From assembly GCA_965208575.1 (NCBI GenBank), contig CBDBOV010000003.1, positions 780,088 to 844,087 on the forward strand: a stretch of DNA of 64,000 nt, in the 5' to 3' direction. Under the pieces are notes generated by a model. It did no database searches and was not told where the DNA came from. It saw only the letters and a list, made by a program, of their open reading frames with translations. The translations under genes were made by a program, and so were the position numbers. This document shows positions 18,824 through 28,789 of the stretch, piece by piece. Origin of the DNA: Spirochaetia bacterium (GTDB lineage Bacteria; Spirochaetota; Spirochaetia; SZUA-6; Bin103). Each line of letters opens with the position of its first letter. Positions within the stretch are counted from its first letter, which is position 1.

Positions 18824-19961
18824 GTGCGGCCACGATCCGTTCCACGTTGGTGCGCATGAAGCGGTCGTAGGTGTCCGCGGGTCCGCCGGCTTCGCTCAGC
18901 GACCCGGTGTAGATCGGCACGACGGCGATTCCCAGGTCGGAGGCAATCGACTCCGCCACCTGCGGATTCACCGTGGTGCCGACGAAGATCGCCGGGATCG
19001 CGCGCTCTGCGAGCAGTTCGCGCAGCTCCGCGAGATGGCGTGCCGACGGCTCGGCCACGGTACTGAAACCCGGCACGACCGAGTCCAGCAGCTCGAAGCC
19101 GTAGCGTTGTGCGAAGTACCCCATCACGTCGTGGTCGGTGACGATCACCCGGTGGTGGCGCGGTACGACCGCTACCTGGTCCTTGATCCACGCGTCGAGC
19201 GTGTCCAGCTCTGCCGCAAGCTCATCCGCGCGGGCGGCATAGTCGGCCTCGTGCGCGGGGTCGATCCCGGCCAGCACTTCGGCAATCTCGTCGGCCCAGC
19301 GGGCAACCAGGGTCGGATCCATCCACACGTGCGGGTCGAACTCGCCGTGGTGGTGGGCATGCCCCTCGTGCTCGTCCTCGTGTTCGTCGTGCTCGTCCTC
19401 GTCGTGGTCGTGTTCATCCTCGTCGTGGTCGTGCTCGTCCTCGTCGTGTTCGTCGTGTTCGTCCTCGTCGTGGTCGTCGTGTTCGTCCTCGTCGTGGTCG
19501 TGCTCGTCCTCGTCGTGGTCGTGCTCGTCCTCGTCGTGTTCGTCGTGGTCGTCATGTGCCTCGCCCAGGCGCATGAGTGGCAAGTGGGCGGTCAAGTCGA
19601 CCACCATGCGGGGCTCCGCGCTGCTGATCAGGTCGCCGAGGAACTCGGCCTCCAGACCTGCGCCGTTGGTGAACAACACCGCGGCGTCGGCGAGCAGGTG
19701 CGCATCCCGCGGAGTCGGTTGGAACGTATGCGGGTCGGCCCCTGGCGGCATGAGCACGGAGAGCGAGATCAGGTCGCCGCCGACACGGCCAACGATGTCG
19801 CCGACGATGTTGGTGGTGGCGACCACCAGGACCCGGTCACCCGCCGGGTGTTCCCCCGCCGGCGAGGCGAACAGCACCGGCACGGCGGCCAGCGCGAGCA
19901 GTACGGCGCCGATCGAAGTGGCCCACGCGCGACCAATAGAGAGCTTCGGGGAGGTATGCAT
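18813..19961 (-). CDS. Zn/metal ABC substrate-binding protein (ZnuA/AdcA-like) with long His/Asp/Glu loop
   Basis: Signal peptide, DPHTFQP, NGAGLE, DPHVWMDP, HD..GYFAQRYG, EPSA, and a 70-aa His-rich loop. Confidence 0.92.
   Translation of the reverse strand: MHTSPKLSIGRAWATSIGAVLLALAAVPVLFASPAGEHPAGDRVLVVATTNIVGDIVGRVGGDLISLSVLMPPGADPHTFQPTPRDAHLLADAAVLFTNGAGLEAEFLGDLISSAEPRMVVDLTAHLPLMRLGEAHDDHDEHDEDEHDHDEDEHDHDEDEHDDHDEDEHDEHDEDEHDHDEDEHDHDEDEHDEHEDEHEGHAHHHGEFDPHVWMDPTLVARWADEIAEVLAGIDPAHEADYAARADELAAELDTLDAWIKDQVAVVPRHHRVIVTDHDVMGYFAQRYGFELLDSVVPGFSTVAEPSARHLAELRELLAERAIPAIFVGTTVNPQVAESIASDLGIAVVPIYTGSLSEAGGPADTYDRFMRTNVERIVAALGS
19347..19556 (-). repeat. His/Asp/Glu tandem repeat (HDHDEDE-type units), 70 codons
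   Basis: Direct reading: HDDHDEHDEDEHDHDEDEHDHDEDE...EGHAHHH. Confidence 0.9.
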
Positions 19962-19967
19962 GGCCGC

Positions 19968-19997
19968 AGTATAATGATATCGCTCTCGCAATACCAA
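19968..19997 (-). promoter_or_regulatory. Probable leaderless promoter of the Zn-uptake genes, with a possible Fur/Zur-like box
   Basis: Minus strand TTGGTA-N18-TATACT-N6-ATG(19961), no SD. The spacer contains ATTGCGAGAGCGATATCATTA, weakly Fur/Zur-like. Confidence 0.5.
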
Positions 19998-20193
19998 CAA
20001 ATGGCCGAGTCCCGAGTGCCGAGTCGCACAACCTGGTCGGCCGCCCGGAGCTGGCTTCCGTGGCCGCCGACGTGCGCGCGCGCTGCCGGCATCGGCGTGC
20101 TCCGGCCCGCAACGGACGCGCCTCTTCTGCCGCTCGAGTCGCGCCGTGGCGGGAGGCTTCCTCTTGCCGCCCTTTTACGGCACCATGCTGCGG

Positions 20194-20997
20194 ATGGGAG
20201 ACAGACTGAGCGGCAAGGTCGCGATCATCACCGGCGGCAACAGCGGCATCGGCGAGGGCATTGGGCGGGCATTTGCCGCCGAGGGTGCGAAGGTGATCCT
20301 GATGGCGCGCCGCGAACAGCAGGGGCGTGCGGTAGCGGCGCGCATTCAGGACGACGGCGGCAGCGCCGCGTTCATCGCCTGCGACGTGTCTGAGGTGGCC
20401 TCCGTCGAGGCCGCCGTGGCCGCGGCCGCAAAGACCTGGGGCGCCGTCGACGTCCTTGTCAACAACGCCGGCGGCGGCGGTGGCGGCACGTTCCCCGATG
20501 AGTCGACCGAGCAGTTCAGTCGCGTCGTTCACCTGAACCTGATGGGCACCTTCTACATGAGCCGCGCGGTCTGGCCACACCTCATCAGTGCCGGCGGCGG
20601 CGCGGTGGTCAACATGTCATCGCTCGCCGCGCAGCGCGGGTTCAGCCCCAAGATGCTGGACGAGTTCGGAGTGGCCTCCGCCTCCTACTACGCCGCCAAG
20701 GCGGGCGTCGATGCGCTCACCCGCTTCATGGCCGGTGTCGGCGGCAAGCACAACATCCGCGTCAACGGCATCCGTCCCGGCCAGATAATGACTCCCGGCG
20801 CCACCCGCGGCACCATCAACGACGCCGACGGCGGCCACCACGTGTTCGAGTCGATGTTCGACTTCGCGCAGATCGTGAAGGGGCCCGGCTATCCCGAGGA
20901 CGTGGCCAACCTCGCCCTGTTCCTGGCCTGCGAGGAGTCGCGCTTCATCAACGGCGAAACCATCAATGTCGACGGGGGAGTGGCGGCCAAGCTCTGA
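20194..20997 (+). CDS. Short-chain dehydrogenase/reductase
   Basis: ITGGNSGIG, VNNAG, NMSS, YYAAK, IRVNGIRPG, VDGG. Confidence 0.92.
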   Translation: MGDRLSGKVAIITGGNSGIGEGIGRAFAAEGAKVILMARREQQGRAVAARIQDDGGSAAFIACDVSEVASVEAAVAAAAKTWGAVDVLVNNAGGGGGGTFPDESTEQFSRVVHLNLMGTFYMSRAVWPHLISAGGGAVVNMSSLAAQRGFSPKMLDEFGVASASYYAAKAGVDALTRFMAGVGGKHNIRVNGIRPGQIMTPGATRGTINDADGGHHVFESMFDFAQIVKGPGYPEDVANLALFLACEESRFINGETINVDGGVAAKL

Positions 20998-21203
20998 CCA
21001 CCGCGCACGTTGGCGGCAGCGCTACGACCGTCGCGATGCGCGCGGTACAGTGCCCAAGGCGGCGCTGCGCGGGTACACTGCCGCTCGCAGAGCGGTCGCC
21101 CCGCGACCCGGACACCGAGAACATGAACGCGGCGCTGCGCAGGCATCGCCCGCCGGTCGCGGGTCGCGGCCCGCGCACCGGCGCACCGGCGCAAGGAGGA
21201 ACA

Positions 21204-22031
21204 GTGGCCAAGACGCGAGTGCTGGTAACCGGATTGAGCGGCGTGGTGGGGCAGGCGATGCAGGCCGAGCTCGCCGACCGCTACGAGCTCTCGTCGCTGT
21301 CGCGCTACGGCGCCGAGGGGCTGGACGACGCGCACAACCTGCGCGGCAACATCACCGACCCCGATGCGCTGACCGCGGCGTTCCGGGACCAGGAGGTGGT
21401 GGTGCACCTGGCCGCCGACCGCAGCATGAAGGCGCCGTTCGAGTCCACCGTCGACTACAACATCAAGGCACTCTACAACGTGTACGAGGCGGCGCGGCGA
21501 TGCGGTGTGCGGCGCATCGTGTTCGGCAGTTCGCAGCACACGGTGGGCGGCTTCTACCGCGATCCTCCCTACTGCCACATCTTCGCCGGCGAGTTCGAGC
21601 GCGTGCGGCGTCCGTATGCGCTGCTCGACGAGACCGCGCCGATCCGCCCGTCCGGCTACTACGGCATGTCGAAGGCGTACGGCGAGGCGATGGGCCACTA
21701 CTACCACGACATCCACGGCATCTCCACAATCGCCATCAGGATCGGCTTCACGCTGTCCAACAACGTGCCCACCTTCGACGGTTCGGCGCTCTCCCTGTGG
21801 CTCAGTCACCGCGATACCGCCCAGATCCACGTGCGCGCCATCGACGCTCCGCCGGAGGTGGGCTTCACGGTGGTGTTCGCCACCTCCGACAACTACTGGA
21901 AGATCTTCTCGCTCGACAAGGCGCGCGAGGTGCTCGGCTACCGGCCGCAGGATGACGCCGGCCCGGACCTCGACCCCGACGCGAAGCAACTCGAACGCGA
22001 CTTCACCGAGTTCAAGGCCCACCCCGAGTAG
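21204..22031 (+). CDS. NAD-dependent epimerase/dehydrogenase (uronate dehydrogenase-like)
   Basis: AAGGAGG RBS before GTG 21204. VLVTGLSGVVG, HLAA, YGMSKAYGE, WLSHRD. Confidence 0.85.
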   Translation: MAKTRVLVTGLSGVVGQAMQAELADRYELSSLSRYGAEGLDDAHNLRGNITDPDALTAAFRDQEVVVHLAADRSMKAPFESTVDYNIKALYNVYEAARRCGVRRIVFGSSQHTVGGFYRDPPYCHIFAGEFERVRRPYALLDETAPIRPSGYYGMSKAYGEAMGHYYHDIHGISTIAIRIGFTLSNNVPTFDGSALSLWLSHRDTAQIHVRAIDAPPEVGFTVVFATSDNYWKIFSLDKAREVLGYRPQDDAGPDLDPDAKQLERDFTEFKAHPE

Positions 22032-22047
22032 CAGCCCACGGGCTGCT
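22030..22047. terminator. Possible bidirectional terminator hairpin between convergent genes
   Basis: AGCAGCCC-AC-GGGCTGCT inverted repeat between convergent stops; no clear U-tract. Confidence 0.35.
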
Positions 22048-22082
22048 TACGTGCGCGCAGCCGGGGTAAGCGGCGCGGAAGG

Positions 22083-23960
22083 TCAGCCTCCGGCGCTGCC
22101 GTCGAAGTAGGCGAGGGCGCGCCGGAACGCGTCCTTGCCGATGCGCGAGCCGATGCGCCGGCCGGGCAGGTCGTCCATGCGCGGGTGGATGCCGCCGTAC
22201 AGGCGCGAGATGCCGGCCTCGTCGGAGGCGTCGTAGTAGGTGGCCCACTGCAGCACGACGGTCTCGCTCGGCCCTTCCTCGAACACCAGGAACTCGTTCT
22301 TCTCCGCCACGTACTCGCCGAGCCCGCCCGGGAAGTACTCGCTGCCGGTGAAGTGCGCCATCACCTCCGCGGCCGCGCGGCTGAACGTGCTGTGCCCGGA
22401 GATGTAGCCGGCAAACGGCGGCGTCACGAAGGTGTCGCGCTGGTAGGGCACCCAGTCGACGCCGAGGATCCAGTCCACGCCGGTGTACTCGGTGTCCTGC
22501 TCCGGCGTGCCGAGCCAGGAGTACACCGCGATCTCGCCGACGTGCTCGGCCAGGTGGGCGTGGCGTTCGCCCGGCGCCGCGCTGTCGGCGGTGATCAGCT
22601 CGGCGATCCCCGGTTGCAGCGGCAGGCCGTGCTCGTGGTAGGAGGGCAGGCCGGGGTCGGAGGACTGCCCCAGGCTCGCCATGTAGCGGATGGCGGTGAT
22701 CGGGCGCACGTAGTCGTAGTGGCCCTTCAGTCCCCAGGCGCATACCGCGGCGTCATGCGTCGCCCCGTTCAGCGCCAGGTACAGCTTCACGTCCCACTCC
22801 AGCGGATCGAGAATCGGCCCCTCGCCCTGCAGGCGGCGCTCGGTCCCGGAATGGTCGGTGACGTAGTTGGCCAGCGAGTTCCAGTGCCCCGGCGGCGTCT
22901 CCGAGTCGGGGCCGTCGGCCCAGAACTCGGCGATCACCCGCGACCAGTCGCCGCGCTTCACCAGGTTGGGCGCGTACGGCTGTCCGGTGACCGGGTTCAC
23001 GTCGTAGCCGCTGCCGTCGTTGGCGCCCAGGCTGTTGTTGCCGAACGAGAGCGGCGAGATGTCGATCATCACGCCGTCGTCGGGATCGAGCGTGGCGGCG
23101 TAGCGCAGCACCTCGGCGAAGCCGTCCTGGTACTCGTCACTGCCGGCGCCGCCGAGGTAGGGCGGCGGGCCCGGGTCGTGGAACACGCCGTCGCTCGACA
23201 TGGTCTCGGAGCCCGGCAGGGGCAGCGAGAACGGCGCCACCATGCCCCAGTGCGAGCCGATGAAGCGCTGCACCCGGCCCGGCTGCACGCGCCCCGCCTG
23301 GTCCACGAACAGGCGCAGCGACAGCGGCTGCCAGCGGTTCGGATCGAGCAGCTCGCCGACGCCGGAGTTGGCCACTACCATCGGCGGGTTGGCCGACCGG
23401 TAGTCGAACTCGAACGCGTAGGAGCCGAGTTCGTCGGCGCCGTCGTCGTAGCCATGGTCCAGGATCAGCTTGGCGATGCGGTTACCGATCGCGGCCGGGT
23501 GGTCGCCCTCGCGGTCGGTCATGCGGTAGTCGTAGCCGAGCTCGATCAGCAGGTCGTCGAAGCTCGGCAGCGACTCGTAGGCGCCCGGCGAGATCTGGTA
23601 GCGGCGGTACAGCACCCGGTAGGCGGCGTAGCTGATCGCCTCGTGGCGCGCGGCATCGACGTCGTCGGCGTGGTGGCGCTCCTTGAGGAATATCGGCTCG
23701 GCGACGTCGTCGTACACTGCCCAGGCATCCCACATCGCAGCCGACACGTGGTACAGGTTGCGCGCGTGCAGCGGCGGGCGCGCGAAGTCGTTGCGGATCG
23801 CCTTCAGCATCACCTCGTTCCACAGCCGCGCCACTGAGTGCGGCTCCGCCTCCGCGCCGGCGGCCACCGCCGCGGCGCCGATGATGGCGCAGGCCGCCAG
23901 CCGCCGCAGCCACGCCGGCAGGCCGCGCGTGCGACCGTCACCCGCTGTTGTAGTATCCAT
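22083..23960 (-). CDS. Secreted vanadium-dependent haloperoxidase (PAP2 superfamily)
   Basis: Signal peptide. Active-site motifs WGLKGHYDYVRP (K-x6-RP), TPPFAGYISGHSTF, SRLYGGIH. Confidence 0.88.
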   Translation of the reverse strand: MDTTTAGDGRTRGLPAWLRRLAACAIIGAAAVAAGAEAEPHSVARLWNEVMLKAIRNDFARPPLHARNLYHVSAAMWDAWAVYDDVAEPIFLKERHHADDVDAARHEAISYAAYRVLYRRYQISPGAYESLPSFDDLLIELGYDYRMTDREGDHPAAIGNRIAKLILDHGYDDGADELGSYAFEFDYRSANPPMVVANSGVGELLDPNRWQPLSLRLFVDQAGRVQPGRVQRFIGSHWGMVAPFSLPLPGSETMSSDGVFHDPGPPPYLGGAGSDEYQDGFAEVLRYAATLDPDDGVMIDISPLSFGNNSLGANDGSGYDVNPVTGQPYAPNLVKRGDWSRVIAEFWADGPDSETPPGHWNSLANYVTDHSGTERRLQGEGPILDPLEWDVKLYLALNGATHDAAVCAWGLKGHYDYVRPITAIRYMASLGQSSDPGLPSYHEHGLPLQPGIAELITADSAAPGERHAHLAEHVGEIAVYSWLGTPEQDTEYTGVDWILGVDWVPYQRDTFVTPPFAGYISGHSTFSRAAAEVMAHFTGSEYFPGGLGEYVAEKNEFLVFEEGPSETVVLQWATYYDASDEAGISRLYGGIHPRMDDLPGRRIGSRIGKDAFRRALAYFDGSAGG

Positions 23961-24035
23961 AGGAATTGCCAAGGTGCCAACGCTCTCGGTGCGTTGTCAA
24001 TATCGGCGCCGACGTGTTGGTGTGAGTCATGCGAA

Positions 24036-24051
24036 GTGCTACAAGTAGCAC
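24036..24051. promoter_or_regulatory. Perfect palindrome, probable antitoxin autoregulatory operator
   Basis: GTGCTAC-AA-GTAGCAC, ending 1 nt before the antitoxin ATG at 24053. Confidence 0.7.
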
Positions 24052-24052
24052 C

Positions 24053-24328
24053 ATGGATGCGATCGGAATCCGGGAGTTGAGGCAGCGCGCGAGCGCATAC
24101 CTGCGGCGGGTAGCGGCGGGCGAGACGTTCGAGGTGACCGACCGCGGGCTTCCGGTAGCGCTCCTTACCCCGATTCCCGACCGGATGCCGCTCGATCAGC
24201 TGCGTGCCGCGGGCGACCTCGAGGAAGCGGCCGGGTCGACGGATGAGCTGCCGGAGCCGGTCGATCCCGATCCGGGCACGGAACCACCCTCGGTGCGCCT
24301 TGCGCGTCTGCGCCGCGATGAACGCTGA
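24053..24328 (+). CDS. Phd/YefM-family antitoxin
   Basis: IGIRELRQRASAYLRRVAAGETFEVTDRGLPVALLTP...LRRDER. Confidence 0.9.
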   Translation: MDAIGIRELRQRASAYLRRVAAGETFEVTDRGLPVALLTPIPDRMPLDQLRAAGDLEEAAGSTDELPEPVDPDPGTEPPSVRLARLRRDER

Positions 24329-24731
24329 CCAGGTCTGCTATCTCGACTCCTCGGCGATCGTCAAGCTCGTGGTACGAGAGAAGGAGTCTGCCGCTCTGCG
24401 GCGCTATCTGCAGGGCCGCACCCTCGTTTCGAGCGCGCTCGCTCGCGTGGAGGTGGCCCGGGCGGTCAAGCTGCAGGGAACCCGTGCGCTGCGCAAGGCT
24501 GCGCTGCGCAAGGCCGGGGACGTGCTTTCCCGCTTCGACCTCGTGCGGGTCAACAGCAAGGTGCTCACCCGGGCTGCCGCCATGGACCCGCCGGATCTCC
24601 GTACCCTCGATGCGATTCACCTCGCCACCGCCGCTCTGTTCGGTCGCTCCCTGCGCCGATTCGTGTGCTACGACGGCAGGTTGGCGGACGCGGCGAAGGC
24701 AGCCGACTGGCACGTCGCGTCGCCCGGATGA
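24318..24731 (+). CDS. vapC: VapC PIN-domain toxin
   Basis: YLDSSAIVKL, LARVEV, LRTLDAIHLATA, YDGRL; overlaps the antitoxin by 11 nt. Confidence 0.9.
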   Translation: MNADQVCYLDSSAIVKLVVREKESAALRRYLQGRTLVSSALARVEVARAVKLQGTRALRKAALRKAGDVLSRFDLVRVNSKVLTRAAAMDPPDLRTLDAIHLATAALFGRSLRRFVCYDGRLADAAKAADWHVASPG

Positions 24732-24904
24732 CCCGGCACGGGTCAGCCCGATAGTCCCTCCGGTCGACCCGGCATCGCGTCTCCGGCGGAAGCCCCGGCG
24801 GTAGCCCCGGCGGTTGCCGGGCGAATTCCGGCTTGCGTAAGTTGCCGCTCCCCATGGCACGGCTTGACCCGGCAGCTACACCCGACCCCGGCGGCAGAGT
24901 AGGC

Positions 24905-26908
24905 ATGGTGCGCTTCGTGCGCGGCGTGCTCAGCTACCGGCCGCAACTGTACCTGGCCAACGTGCTCACCTGGACCTGGTCGGCCGTGGCGCCGCTGCTG
25001 CCCGGCTACCTGGTCAAGGTGTACTACGACGGCCTTGCCGGCGACGCGCCGCTGGTCATTACGCCGTGGCTGATCCTGGTGCTGCTGGCATCGGTCGGCG
25101 TGACGCGCGCGGCCGCCAACTTCGGCGGCGGTTGGTTCTGGGGCGACCTGTCGACCCGCGCCGCCGGACTGGTGCGCAGCAACCTGGTCCGCCTGATCGC
25201 CGCCGGGCCGGGCGCCCTGGCGGCGGCACGCAGTTCCAGCGAGACGGTGAGCCGCGTGCGCGACGATGCCGACGGTTCCTGCCTGGTGGTGGAGGAGATG
25301 GTCGACGGGCTCGGCGTGGTCGTGTTCGCGGTGGCGGCGATCGTGATTATGGGCACGGTGGACTGGTTGATTACGATCATCGTGGTGGTGCCGATTCTGC
25401 TGTCGGCGCTGGCCGCGGAACTGGTCCGATCTCGGGTGATGGCGCTGCGCGGGGCCGCCCGCGCGGCCGGGGCGAACGTGGCCGAGTTCGTGGGCGAGGT
25501 GTTCGGCTCCTTCGCCACATTCAAGCTGGCGGCGAGCCGCGCCGGCGTGGCGCGCCGCCTGCAGGAGCTGAACGAAACGCGGCGGCGCACCGAGGTGCGC
25601 GAAAAGCTTCTGGCCCAGCTCCTGGAGGCGATTGCCGACAACACGGCGGTGGTGTGCACGGCGGTCCTGCTGGTGTTCCTCGCCTTCTCGGCGCGCGGCG
25701 CGGAGTTCACGGTCGGCGCGTTCGTGCTGTTCGTGACCTACCTGGAGCGGGTGGCCGACTACGCCAACTGGATGAGCGGCATGCTGGTCAACGTGCGACG
25801 CTCAGTGGTGTCGGTCGGCCGGCTGCTGGCGGCCGCCCCGGCCGGCAGCAGCGGCGCCGATCTGGCCGCCCACCGGCCGATCGCCCTTCTGCAGCAGGCG
25901 ACCCGGGTGTCCGGTGAACGGACGCGGCTGTCCGGTGAACGGCCGTTCGCCGAATCCGGAGGTACCGGAGGCGGCGGTCGCCCGGCACCACAGTACCCGG
26001 CCGCGGCGCAACGCCCCGGAGTGGAAGTCACTGAGCCGCGCGGGCGGCGCCGGCCGGCACGGTCAGGCAATACGCGGTGTGCCGAACGGCGCGGTTTGGG
26101 CCCAACAACCGGTGCACCGGCACGTCCCGGGCAGGGCGGCTCGGTGGCCTCTGCCGCGCTGCAGCGGCTGGAGCTGCGCGGCGCCGGCTACCGCCACCCG
26201 CGCGGCGGCGGCGGCGTCCACGACGTCTCCCTGGCCCTGGAGCTCGGCTCGTTTACCGTGCTGACCGGGCGCGTGGGCGCCGGCAAGACCACCCTGCTGA
26301 AGGTGCTGCTCGGCCTGCTGCCGCTGCAGGCGGGCGAGCTGCGCTGGAACGGCGCGCCGGTGGCCGATCCCGGCCGCTTCATGACGCCGCCGCGCGCCGC
26401 CTACACACCGCAGGTTCCGCGCCTGTGCAGCGACACCATCGCCGCCAACATCACCCTCGGCGCGCCGGTCACGGACGAAGCGCTGGCGCGGGCGGTGCGC
26501 GACGCCGTGTTGGATCCCGACCTGGAAACGATGCCGGAGGGTCTGGATACGCGCGTCGGCCCGCGTGGCGTGCGCCTGTCCGGCGGCCAGGTGCAGCGGC
26601 TGGCCGCCGCGCGCATGCTGGTGACCGGCGCCGACCTGCTGGTGATCGACGACTTGTCGAGCGCACTGGACACCGACACCGAGCGGCTGTTGTGGGACCG
26701 GTTGCTGAGCCGCGTGGCCAGTTTGCGTCCAACCTGCCTGGTGGTGTCGCACCGCCAGCGCGTGCTGCGCCGCGCCGACCGCATCGTGGTGCTGCGCGGC
26801 GGCCGCGTCGACGGCGCCGGCAGCCTGGACGAGTTGCTCGCCGGGTCGGCGGAAATGCTTCACATCTGGAACGCCGCCGGCGCCGCCCGGCGCGCCCTGG
26901 CGCGGTAA
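24905..26908 (+). CDS. ABC exporter half-transporter (permease+ATPase, degenerate Walker B DD type); start may be 24854
   Basis: TM domain, [33 protein letters not shown]; long low-complexity linker. Confidence 0.88.
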   Translation: MVRFVRGVLSYRPQLYLANVLTWTWSAVAPLLPGYLVKVYYDGLAGDAPLVITPWLILVLLASVGVTRAAANFGGGWFWGDLSTRAAGLVRSNLVRLIAAGPGALAAARSSSETVSRVRDDADGSCLVVEEMVDGLGVVVFAVAAIVIMGTVDWLITIIVVVPILLSALAAELVRSRVMALRGAARAAGANVAEFVGEVFGSFATFKLAASRAGVARRLQELNETRRRTEVREKLLAQLLEAIADNTAVVCTAVLLVFLAFSARGAEFTVGAFVLFVTYLERVADYANWMSGMLVNVRRSVVSVGRLLAAAPAGSSGADLAAHRPIALLQQATRVSGERTRLSGERPFAESGGTGGGGRPAPQYPAAAQRPGVEVTEPRGRRRPARSGNTRCAERRGLGPTTGAPARPGQGGSVASAALQRLELRGAGYRHPRGGGGVHDVSLALELGSFTVLTGRVGAGKTTLLKVLLGLLPLQAGELRWNGAPVADPGRFMTPPRAAYTPQVPRLCSDTIAANITLGAPVTDEALARAVRDAVLDPDLETMPEGLDTRVGPRGVRLSGGQVQRLAAARMLVTGADLLVIDDLSSALDTDTERLLWDRLLSRVASLRPTCLVVSHRQRVLRRADRIVVLRGGRVDGAGSLDELLAGSAEMLHIWNAAGAARRALAR

Positions 26909-26913
26909 CGCCG

Positions 26914-28701
26914 ATGCGCCCCTCGTTCGCCGTGTATCGCGGGTTCCTGACCCGCTACCTGGCCGGCTGCCGCGGGCAGGTCGCCGTGTTGGCGCTGCTG
27001 CTGCTCGTGCACACCGCCGCCGGCGTGTACGCGCCGCAATTGCTGCGCGGCATCGTGGACCAGTTGACCGCGCGCGGCGCGTCCGCCGCCCTGACGCACG
27101 CGGCGGCCTGGTTCCTGGCGGTGGCCGCCGTGCGCCAACTCACCCGCGGGGCAGCCGCGGTGATCGGGGAGGACGTGTCCTGGATCGCCACCAACCGGGT
27201 GCGCACCGACCTGGTTCGCCATACCCTGGGCCTCGATCCCGGCTTTGTCGGGCGCCATCCGCCCGGGGCGATGCTGGAACGCATCGACGGCGACGCCAAC
27301 CAGCTCGCCACGTTCTTCGCGCAGTTTTCGCTGCGCCTGCTGGCCGCCGCGCTGCTGCTTACCGGGATCCTGGTGGCGCTGTTGATCGAGGACTGGAAGC
27401 TGTGCCTGGCGCTGTTCCTGTTCGCCGTCGCGGTTACCGCGCTGCTGCTCAAGCTGCGCGGCTTCGGGGTCCCCTACTACGACCGCCTGCGCGAGGCGGC
27501 CGCCGACCTGCACGGCTTCGTGGAGGAGCGGCTGGCCGCCATCGAGGAGATCAAGGCGCTCGGCGGCCTGGTGCATACCGTGCGCCGCATGACCGGCCTG
27601 ATCGGGGCCCAGGTACATCACGCCAAGCGCGCGTACAGTCTCGGCACGCTGGTGTGGCCGCTGGTCAACGTGGTGATGGGCATCGGTACCGGCTTGATGA
27701 TGGCATGGGGAGGGGCGCTGGCGCTGCGCGGCGACATGACCCTGGGTACGCTGTACCTGATGTTCAGTTACATCAACCTGCTGTTCTGGCCGTTCGAAGA
27801 CCTGGCCCACCAGATGGAGGAGCTGCAGAAGGCGGGCGGCAACGTGGTGCGCATTCAGCGCCTTCTGGAACAGCGCAGCTCGCTGCCGGACGGCACGCGC
27901 GAGGGGTTCCCGCGCCGGCCGGTGCGCATCGCGCTGGAGCAGGTCAGCTTCCGCTACCCGGTTGCGGGCGACCGGCGGGAAGAGGACGAATTGGTGCTGC
28001 GCGACCTGTCGTTGACCATCGAGCCGGGGCGCACGCTCGGCATCCTGGGTCGCACCGGCAGCGGCAAGACCACCATCATGCGTCTGCTCGCGCGCCTGTA
28101 CGACCCGCAGGCGGGGCGCATCACCGTGGACGGCGTCGACCTGCGCGAGTTCCGGCTGCGGAAGGTGCGCGCCCGCATCGCGGTGGTGACCCAGGAGGTG
28201 CAGTTCTTCGGCGCCACGATACGCGACAACCTTGCCCTGTTCGATGCCACCGTCGACGACCGGTGCATCGAGAGCGCGCTCGATCGCCTGCACCTGATGC
28301 CGTGGCTGGCCGCCCAGCCGGACGGGCTGGACACCGTGCTGGCAAGCGCGCAACTGGCGCTGTCGGCCGGCGAGGCACAGCGGCTGGCGCTGGCGCGCGC
28401 GCTGTTGCGCGATCCCGACGTCGTCATCCTCGACGAGGCCGCCGCACGGCTCGATCCGGTCTCCGAGCACGAGGTGGAAGAGGCGCTCGCCGCTCTGCTC
28501 GTCGGGCGCACCGGCGTGGTGATCGCGCACCGGCCGCGCTCGGTGGAGAAGGTGGACGACATCCTGATCCTGGAGCGCGGCCGGATGGTGGAGTACGGGC
28601 CGCGCCGGGCGCTGCTCGCCGACCCCGAGTCCCGGTTGCACGTACTGCTCGCCCTGGGCGCGGCCGCGGGCGTCCCACCCGGTCCCGGCGCGCCGAACTG
28701 A
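26914..28701 (+). CDS. ABC exporter half-transporter (partner subunit)
   Basis: ATG 26914. ERIDGD motif, [26 protein letters not shown]. Confidence 0.9.
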   Translation: MRPSFAVYRGFLTRYLAGCRGQVAVLALLLLVHTAAGVYAPQLLRGIVDQLTARGASAALTHAAAWFLAVAAVRQLTRGAAAVIGEDVSWIATNRVRTDLVRHTLGLDPGFVGRHPPGAMLERIDGDANQLATFFAQFSLRLLAAALLLTGILVALLIEDWKLCLALFLFAVAVTALLLKLRGFGVPYYDRLREAAADLHGFVEERLAAIEEIKALGGLVHTVRRMTGLIGAQVHHAKRAYSLGTLVWPLVNVVMGIGTGLMMAWGGALALRGDMTLGTLYLMFSYINLLFWPFEDLAHQMEELQKAGGNVVRIQRLLEQRSSLPDGTREGFPRRPVRIALEQVSFRYPVAGDRREEDELVLRDLSLTIEPGRTLGILGRTGSGKTTIMRLLARLYDPQAGRITVDGVDLREFRLRKVRARIAVVTQEVQFFGATIRDNLALFDATVDDRCIESALDRLHLMPWLAAQPDGLDTVLASAQLALSAGEAQRLALARALLRDPDVVILDEAAARLDPVSEHEVEEALAALLVGRTGVVIAHRPRSVEKVDDILILERGRMVEYGPRRALLADPESRLHVLLALGAAAGVPPGPGAPN

Positions 28702-28789
28702 CCGGCAGCGTGCACCGGCTGTCCGGATTGCGGCCCCGAGCCCCGCGGTGGGCGCACTCGCACTCGTTGCGCCGCCCTGCGGCGTCCGA

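Noticed and set aside
19172-19555. Thr-rich ORF and opposite-strand Val-rich ORF
   Set aside because: Alternative frames of the His/Asp/Glu repeat in the metal-binding protein.
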